From: Halarcobacter sp.
GTDB lineage: Bacteria; Campylobacterota; Campylobacteria; Campylobacterales; Arcobacteraceae
Direction of reading: 5' to 3'
DNA: 64,000 nucleotides
NCBI GenBank assembly: GCA_048571215.1
Contig: CP182352.1
Coordinates: forward strand, 2,240,001 to 2,304,000
How positions within the stretch are numbered: the first letter of the stretch is position 1; every line of letters starts with the position of its first letter. Of the stretch, positions 56,995-64,000 are shown one piece after another. The notes beneath the pieces are model-generated. The model had not been told where the DNA came from and did no database searches. It was given only the letters and a program-made list of their open reading frames with translations. Made by a program: the position numbers and the translations under genes.

Positions 56995-59217
56995 ATGTCT
57001 TTATCAAAACAGCTGTATATAATTATATCATTTATATTTTTTATTATATTTACAGGAAATTTTTTAATTAGTGTTAAAAATACAAAAGAGTATTTAGAGA
57101 TTGAGTCTGCTACAAAAGCACAGGATACTGCCACATCACTAGGTATGAGTATAAGACCACTTATTAAACAAAAAGATGACCCAGAGATTGAGTCAATCAT
57201 AAGAGCTATATCAAATAGTGGTTTTTATAAGGAGATAAGATTAGAAGATGCAAACTTCATTATAAGCAAAAAACAGTTACTTGATGCTTCAACACAACTA
57301 GATAATACTAAAGACTGGACTATAACTAAAATATTTGTTGATCCAAAATTTGGAAAAGTAGAAAAAATTGAATCTGATGCTTTATTGAATGAAAAACTAG
57401 AAAAATTGGAAAATGATAATACAGATTCAGATTCTTTTACTTTTGAGGACCAAAGCCAGCAATTTAGATACCTACCATCAAAAGAGTACAAAAATGGAGG
57501 GAATATAACCTTTGAATTTACAGCTGTAAATAAAAACAACAGTATAGATACCTTTGCAAATATAACTATGAATAGAATTATTTTTCAAGAAAAAAGAGCT
57601 GTAAAATTTGATTATGTACCTGAATGGTTTATAGATTTGATTGATATGAATATGGAAGAGAAATATAGTGAGATCTCAGATGGCTGGAATACCTCTGCTA
57701 TTATTTATGTTAGTGCAAACCCAGGAGATGCTTATGCAAAACTTTATGAACAAGCTAAAAGTTCTGTAATATATTCAACTATTGCCTTTATAATCTCTAT
57801 AATTTTCCTTTTTGTTTTTGTTCAGTATCTTTTAAAACCCCTTAAAATGATTGAAAAACTAGCAAAAGATATTGCTCAAGGAAACTTTAGAACAATTGCA
57901 AAACTTCCATGGACAACAGAGATTAGAAATGTAGCAATTTCTATGAATGATATGTCAGTAAAAATTGAAAATATAATAAATAAATTAAATAAAAACCTTG
58001 AACTTCTATCAAAAAAACTTTCTGAAGATGAGTTAACTAAACTTCCTTTAAAATCTACATTTGATACTGATATGAAAGATATGTTTATACATAAATCAAA
58101 TGGTTATGTTTTTAATATAAAAATTGATGATTTAGCCTTATACGCAAAAAAACATACAAATAGTGAAGTTAATAAATTTATAATAAATTTTGCTAACTCT
58201 TTAACCTCCCTATATAATGAAAAAAATCTAAATATAAAAGCTTATAGATTTTTTGGTTCAGAGTTTGTTATATTAGCAAAAGATTGTGATTATGAATGTG
58301 CTAAAAGAGTTTGTAGTTTACTAAAATCACAATTTGAGAAATTATCAACAAGTTTTGAGAAAGATGAAATTGCACATATTGGTGCAACTCCTTTTAATAC
58401 CTATGGTACAATTCCTGAGATGTTACAATCAGCAAGTGAGGCCTTTGAAAAAGCTAAACTAATAGGACCAAATGAATCATTTATAAAAGATAAAACAGAG
58501 CTTTCAAGAGATATGGAAGCATGGAGAGATTTAGTATTTGATATTATTACTAATGCATCATTTGAAGTGGATTATATAAATAATGCACTTGAATTATCAA
58601 AAGATGAAGATAATATAATTATGCAAGAGGCATTTACTCAAATAAAAGATAAGGATAATAATATTATTCCTATTGGTACTTTTGTATCTATAGCTGAAAA
58701 ATATGAAAAAATTATTGATTTAGATAAAGAGGTTATTTCAAAAGTTATACACCATATAAATATAAATGGTATTAAACATAATATCACTATCAATTTATCA
58801 ATTGATTCAATATCTAATCATGAGTTTATAAGCTGGCTTCAAAAAATGATTAGCAAAAATAAAAATATCGCCTCACAATTGGTATTTTCAATAACAGCTT
58901 ACGCAGTTGCAAAAGATGTTAATATATTTAAAAACTTCTGTGACCATATCCATACTGCAGGTTCTAAAATTATAGTAAAAAGATTTGAAACTAAATTTAT
59001 TCCACTAGATAACATAAAAGATTTCAATCTAGACTATATAAGACTTGCAAGGGAATATACAAATGAGATTCAAAATGACTCAGCTAAACAAAGTTTTGTA
59101 GAATCTATACAAGACCTTTCTACACTATTAAATATTCAAGTTTTAGCAGAAAATATCAAAAGTGAAGAGGAGTTCAATATGATAAAAGAACTAGGTCTTT
59201 ACGCGGCAAGTAGATAA
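56995..59217 (+). CDS. lapD: LapD/MoxY-type c-di-GMP receptor (periplasmic domain, HAMP, degenerate GGDEF-EAL)
   Basis: MSLSKQL, AQDTATSLG, VPEWF, DGW; GGDEF position reads RFFGSEF and EAL position reads QEAF. Confidence 0.88.
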   Translation: MSLSKQLYIIISFIFFIIFTGNFLISVKNTKEYLEIESATKAQDTATSLGMSIRPLIKQKDDPEIESIIRAISNSGFYKEIRLEDANFIISKKQLLDASTQLDNTKDWTITKIFVDPKFGKVEKIESDALLNEKLEKLENDNTDSDSFTFEDQSQQFRYLPSKEYKNGGNITFEFTAVNKNNSIDTFANITMNRIIFQEKRAVKFDYVPEWFIDLIDMNMEEKYSEISDGWNTSAIIYVSANPGDAYAKLYEQAKSSVIYSTIAFIISIIFLFVFVQYLLKPLKMIEKLAKDIAQGNFRTIAKLPWTTEIRNVAISMNDMSVKIENIINKLNKNLELLSKKLSEDELTKLPLKSTFDTDMKDMFIHKSNGYVFNIKIDDLALYAKKHTNSEVNKFIINFANSLTSLYNEKNLNIKAYRFFGSEFVILAKDCDYECAKRVCSLLKSQFEKLSTSFEKDEIAHIGATPFNTYGTIPEMLQSASEAFEKAKLIGPNESFIKDKTELSRDMEAWRDLVFDIITNASFEVDYINNALELSKDEDNIIMQEAFTQIKDKDNNIIPIGTFVSIAEKYEKIIDLDKEVISKVIHHININGIKHNITINLSIDSISNHEFISWLQKMISKNKNIASQLVFSITAYAVAKDVNIFKNFCDHIHTAGSKIIVKRFETKFIPLDNIKDFNLDYIRLAREYTNEIQNDSAKQSFVESIQDLSTLLNIQVLAENIKSEEEFNMIKELGLYAASR

Positions 59218-59226
59218 ACTACTTGC
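59206..59226 (+). terminator. Hairpin at the end of lapD
   Basis: GCAAGTAG-ataaa-CTACTTGC. Confidence 0.5.
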
Positions 59227-59381
59227 TTTAGTATATAAGAGTTTTGAATTTTATCCTTTCATAGTTTTATCTTTAAAAATTATGATAAAATTCGCTTTTA
59301 AAATATCTATTTACTATAAGTTAAAAAATGATTAATAATTGTGTATTATAATTCATCTTTATAAATATATTAAGGATTTCA

Positions 59382-62300
59382 ATGTTTGAAAAGTTTTTAA
59401 GGTTTTTTGTTGAGAATACAAGGATGAACTACACTCTATTTGTATTAGTCTTTGCCCTTGGAATCTGGTCATATAATAATACAGCAAAAGAGATTTTCCC
59501 CACCTTTGATTTAGAAATGATATCTATAAGAGGTTCATATGCAGGAGCATCTGTTGATATTTTAGACAAGATGGTAGTTACAGAAGTTGAAGATAATCTG
59601 AAAAACCTAGATAGCATTGATACTATGACTACTGTTATAAGCCCTGGAAGTTTTACTATTGTTTTAGAATTAAAAAAAGGTAAAAATAAATATAATGAAG
59701 CTGATAAAGTGAAAGATGTTATCACTTTAGTTAAGGGTGATTTACCTTCAGATATGGATGAACCAACAGTAAATGTCTTGGATAGAAGTCGTACACTTTT
59801 AGATATATCACTAACATCTAAAAAATATAGTTTAGATGAGTTAAAACCCCTTGCTGATGATTTAAAAAGTCAACTTTTTACAATACCTGGAATAAATGAT
59901 ATTACAATATATGGAGATTCTGATGAGTATTATGAGATACTTATAGATGATACAAAAATAAAAGCTTTAGGATTAAATAAAACTTAAGTTTTTTCTGCTA
60001 TTTCAACCCTTTCATATGTTTTTCCCCTTGGTAAGATTGAAGGTAAGACCAAGCACTATTATATCTCTACTTACAATGGGGGTAAAAATGCCCAAGATTT
60101 TGCAAATACTCTAATTAATATAGGTGATGTTTCAATCTATTTAGGAGATATTGCTAAAGTATCCAAAAAATATGAAGATTCATCAACCCTATACTCTTTT
60201 AATGGAGAAAATGCCCTATCTTTAAAAATTGAACAAAATGATACGGCAGATGCCATTGAGATTACAAAAAAAATAAATGAGTTATTACCAGAACTAAATA
60301 AACAAAACCCTAATGTAACTGTAACTATTGCTGATGATAATAGTGAAAGAATCAAAGATAGATTAAATATTGTTGTTTCTAATATTATGTTAGGAATCAT
60401 CCTTATAACTATTTTAGTAATGTTACTAATAAACTTTAGAATGTCTTTTATCATAGCTATTGGTATCCCAACTTCTTTTGTAATAGCAGCTGTATATATC
60501 TATTTCTCAGGCTATACCATAAACATGATTTCCTTAGTTGGAGTTTTAATTGCAATTGGTATAGTTGTAGATGATGCCATAGTTGTAAGTGAAAATATTC
60601 AACAACATATTGAAGATGGACATTCACCAAAAGAAGCTGCTGTATTGGGTGCAAAAGAGATGGTAAAACCTGTAACTGTGGCTTCCCTTACAACTTTGTT
60701 TTCTTTTTTGCCCATATTATTAATAAGTGGTACTATGGGTGAAGTTATGAAGTTAATCCCTATTGCACTAAGTGCTTTAGTTGTTGCTTCACTAATAGAA
60801 TCATTTATATTTCTTCCAATACATGCAGCCCATACTTTAAAAAGTGGTGCAAAGGTTACATCATGGGAGAAAGTAAACAAGATTTACAGTTCAATAATAC
60901 ACCTATTTATGAACTGGAAAAAAACATTTTTACTTATCTTTATTATTATTGTTCCTGCATTAACAGCTTTTTCAGTAATGACGTCAAAATTTCAATTTTT
61001 TCCAAAATTTGATGCAAGTGATGTAAAGATTACAATCAAAGGAAATGAAAATCTAAAACTTGAAGATTCTTTTAAAATTGTTCAATCAATAGAATCAGAC
61101 CTAATAGCTAAAAAAGATGAGTTTTTTATCAAAAGTATTGATTCAGTTGCAGGTTTTAGACGAGACTTAGCAAACAATACAGAGAGATTTCCTTATGTTA
61201 TGTATATGACAGTTGAACTACAAAAATTGAAACCTAGCAACCTCTTAGATAAATATGTAACCCCTTATCTTAGTTTTTATTATGATGAAGAAGGTAGAAC
61301 AAGAACCCTCCACTCTGCTCAAATTGCAAAAAAAATAAATAAATTTTTAAAAGAGCAAGATTATAAGAAAAAGTTTTCCCTAAACGAAATTGCCATAAAA
61401 GAAAGAAGAGTAGGACCTATAAAATCTGATATTAAAATTGGACTAATCTCAAATGATAGCCAAAAAATCATATCTTCAGTTTTTAAAATAGAAGATGAGA
61501 TAAAAAAAATCAAAGGTATAAAATCTTACTCTAACTCTTTAAAATTCGGGATAGATGAGATAAAACTAAAGGTTAATGCCTATGGACAACAACTTGGTAT
61601 TGATGAGGCTTATTTAGGAAACTATTTATCTAACCTTTATAGACTTAAGAAAAAAGCTACTGCTTTTGATGCTACTTCTATGTTAGATATAAAAATACAA
61701 AGTCTAAACAAAGATGATTTTGAAGAGTTTAAGAATATGGAAGTACCCCTATCAAATGGCACTTATGTTGCCTTAAAAGATATTGCAGAATTTAATATTA
61801 TTAAAAGTTTTGAGCAAATAATAAAAGACAATGGGGAGAAAAACTTTTATATTTTTGCAGATGTAGACCCTGATATAATAACAGCAACAGAAGTTATAAA
61901 AAAACTAAAACCAACTTTAGATAAAATAAAACAAAGTGGGATGAAACTTGTTTTTAAAGGGGAAGAGGAGAAAAAAGCGGAACTTATGCATGATATGGTA
62001 TTAGCTTCTGCCTTGGCTATTATTCTTATTATGCTAGCTATGCTTTATTTATTTAACTCTTTTAGAGAAACTTTTATAGTTATGAGTGTTATACCTTTTT
62101 CTATTTTAGGGGTTTTAATTGGTCATGAAATTATGGGCTTAAATCTATCTATGCCTTCTATTATTGGAGCTTTAGGTTTAGCTGGGGTTGTTATAAATGA
62201 TGGAATTATTATGATGACCTATTTGAAAAAAGCTAAAAAAATAGATGAATTTTTCTTTAGGGTTATAAAAAGATTTAGACCAATTATCTTAACAACAATC

Positions 62301-62471
62301 ACAACACTAATAGGTATGAGTTCTTTGATATTTTTCCCAACAGGACAAGCTGTAATTTTCCAACCAATTGCCATAGCTTTAGGCTTTGGTCTTTTATGGG
62401 GAACTGTACTAAATCTTATTTATTTACCTGTTTTATATGCTTTGGTTCATAAAATCAAAGGGGATAGCTAG
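59382..62471 (+). pseudogene. AcrB/RND-family transporter interrupted by one in-frame TAA (59985-59987)
   Basis: The ORFs at 59382 and 60387 are in the same frame and the sequence between them is open after the stop; about 1029 codons in total; GIVVDDAIVVSENI, RFRPIILTT. Confidence 0.9.
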
Positions 62472-62477
62472 TATAAC

Positions 62478-63323
62478 TTATGGGGCTATATCTTTTTTAA
62501 CTGCCTCATAAGCAACTAAGATTTTCTTTCTTTCTATTCCCCATCTATATCCACTCATAGCTCCCGATTTTGCTAAAACCCTATGGCAAGGTATTAGATA
62601 TCCAATATGGTTTGAGCCAATAGCACTTGCAACTGCACGCACTGCTTTTGGTTTATTTATACTATTTGCAATATCTTGATAACTTGCTATTGTTCCATCG
62701 GGAATATTTAATAAGGCTTTCCAAATATTTATTTGAAAGTTTGTTCCCTTTACATATAAATCAAATTTCTTTTTCTTTAAAAAAATATTATCTAAATACT
62801 CTTTTGCTTTTTTATCATCTCTTATTAGATTTGCTTTTGCCCAAATCTCTTGAAACCTATTATAGATAGTTTCTTTATTATTATCAACAAAACCTAAATA
62901 ACTAACTCCTCTTTTTGTAAAAGCTATCAAAGCTTCACCAAAAGGTGTAAACCCATATCCATAAGTTATATCAACATCTTTACCCAACTCTTTATACTCT
63001 TTTGGGGTAACACCAATTATATTTACAAACAAATCATGCAATCTACTAGAACTAGATAATCCTAAATCCAAAGAACTATCTAAAATAGATTTGGATTCTT
63101 TTAAATGCTCTTTTGCATAATTTAAAGTAACTGATTGTAAAAATTGTATGGGAGTAACACCAACATACTCTTTAAATACCCTTATAAGATGGTATTTACT
63201 CATCCCTATATATTGGGAAATTTCATCTATGCTTGGTTGTTCTTTGAAGTTTTCATCAATATATTTTATCACTTTTTCAATTTTTTTATAGTTTTCACTT
63301 TCGTGTGATAAATTGTCTTTCAT
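62478..63323 (-). CDS. ada: Bifunctional AraC-HTH / O6-methylguanine-DNA methyltransferase (Ada-like)
   Basis: HTH SKYHLIRVFK; GTNFQ, AVRAVASA, IPCHRV, GYRWG. Confidence 0.9.
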   Translation of the reverse strand: MKDNLSHESENYKKIEKVIKYIDENFKEQPSIDEISQYIGMSKYHLIRVFKEYVGVTPIQFLQSVTLNYAKEHLKESKSILDSSLDLGLSSSSRLHDLFVNIIGVTPKEYKELGKDVDITYGYGFTPFGEALIAFTKRGVSYLGFVDNNKETIYNRFQEIWAKANLIRDDKKAKEYLDNIFLKKKKFDLYVKGTNFQINIWKALLNIPDGTIASYQDIANSINKPKAVRAVASAIGSNHIGYLIPCHRVLAKSGAMSGYRWGIERKKILVAYEAVKKDIAP

Positions 63324-63343
63324 AAAAAATCCTGATGAAGAGA

Positions 63344-63377
63344 TTAAGCTAAAGTAGTTTATACCACTTTAGCTTAA
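63344..63377 (-). terminator. Hairpin downstream of glyA
   Basis: TTAAGCTAAAGT...ACTTTAGCTTAA inverted repeat. Confidence 0.6.
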
Positions 63378-63383
63378 GATATA

Positions 63384-64000
63384 TTAGTAAGTTGATTTGT
63401 TGTATATCACAAAACCTCTAGCTAACTGCTTTAACTCTTCTTTTATCTTAGCTTGTAAATCTGTATTATTGATATCATCTAATACATCACATATTTTATT
63501 TGCTATCAATTCAAACTCTTTTTCTTTCATCCCTCTTGCTGTTAAAGCAGGTGATCCTACTCTTATACCACTTGTTACAAAGGGGCTTCTTGTCTCACCT
63601 GGCACTGTATTTTTATTTACAGTAATCCCTGCATTACCTAAAGCTGCATCTGCATCTTTACCTGAAAACTCTTTATTTAAGAAAGATACTAAGATTAGGT
63701 GATTATCTGTCCCATCTGAAACTATATCATATCCTCTTTTCATTAAAACTTCTGCTAACACTTTTGCGTTTGCTTTTACTTGTTTTGCGTAATCTTTCCA
63801 AGAAGGATCTAGTATCTCTTTAAAGGCTACTGCTTTTGCTGCCATTACATGTACTAATGGTCCACCTTGAAGTCCTGGGAAGATTGCAGAGTTTATTTTT
63901 TTTGCTATCTCTTCATCATTAGTTAATATCATACCACCTCTTGGACCTCTTAGTGTTTTATGGGTAGTTGTTGTTACTACATCTGCATAAGGGAAAGGAG
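63384..64000 (-). CDS. glyA: Serine hydroxymethyltransferase (5' end outside the window)
   Basis: [41 protein letters not shown]. Confidence 0.97.
   Translation of the reverse strand, partial: PFPYADVVTTTTHKTLRGPRGGMILTNDEEIAKKINSAIFPGLQGGPLVHVMAAKAVAFKEILDPSWKDYAKQVKANAKVLAEVLMKRGYDIVSDGTDNHLILVSFLNKEFSGKDADAALGNAGITVNKNTVPGETRSPFVTSGIRVGSPALTARGMKEKEFELIANKICDVLDDINNTDLQAKIKEELKQLARGFVIYNKSTY

Noticed and set aside
1892..63702. Many short antisense or alternative-frame ORFs in the track (e.g. 1892, 5679, 8408, 12167, 16930, 31104, 34195, 47064, 60137, 63397)
   Set aside because: They lie inside well-supported genes and have no motifs; shadow ORFs

Overview
AT-rich chromosomal window, most likely from an Arcobacteraceae member (Campylobacterota); this is inferred from the gene set and from the stand-alone atpE with an N-terminal extension. 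Most of it is core or housekeeping: selO, two Cys/Met PLP enzymes, zinc-uptake genes with a Fur-family regulator, nhaA, PCuAC/SCO, atpE, tRNA-Leu(GAG), an MCP, a BCCT transporter, a TonB receptor with a GGDEF-EAL protein, mscS, lon, bamD, proC, rdgB, an MFS transporter, lapG/lapD, ada and glyA. The main accessory feature is a ~14.5 kb co-oriented locus (39.8-53.9 kb) between rdgB and the MFS gene. It encodes (i) a cyanophycin-synthetase-like ATP-grasp + TPR + LicD-type nucleotidyltransferase fusion, (ii) a cytidylyltransferase, (iii) a TIGR03032-like protein, (iv) a ~2970-aa FG-GAP/Ig/cadherin-like adhesin with a Sec-type leader but no RTX repeats or autotransporter barrel, (v) a small lipoprotein and (vi) a small outer-membrane beta-barrel. 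I propose this as a candidate adhesin modification-and-display system. Other observations: three reading frames whose best-placed start is ATC, ATT or ATA exactly 6 nt after AAGGA (two are zinc-ribbon microproteins missing from the ORF track); a tandem-duplicated LapG paralogue with its catalytic Cys changed to Ser; an orphan tRNA-Arg 3' half that looks like an att site; an RND transporter broken by one nonsense codon; and a structured atpE leader. All family assignments come from motif recognition by eye; no database searches were run.
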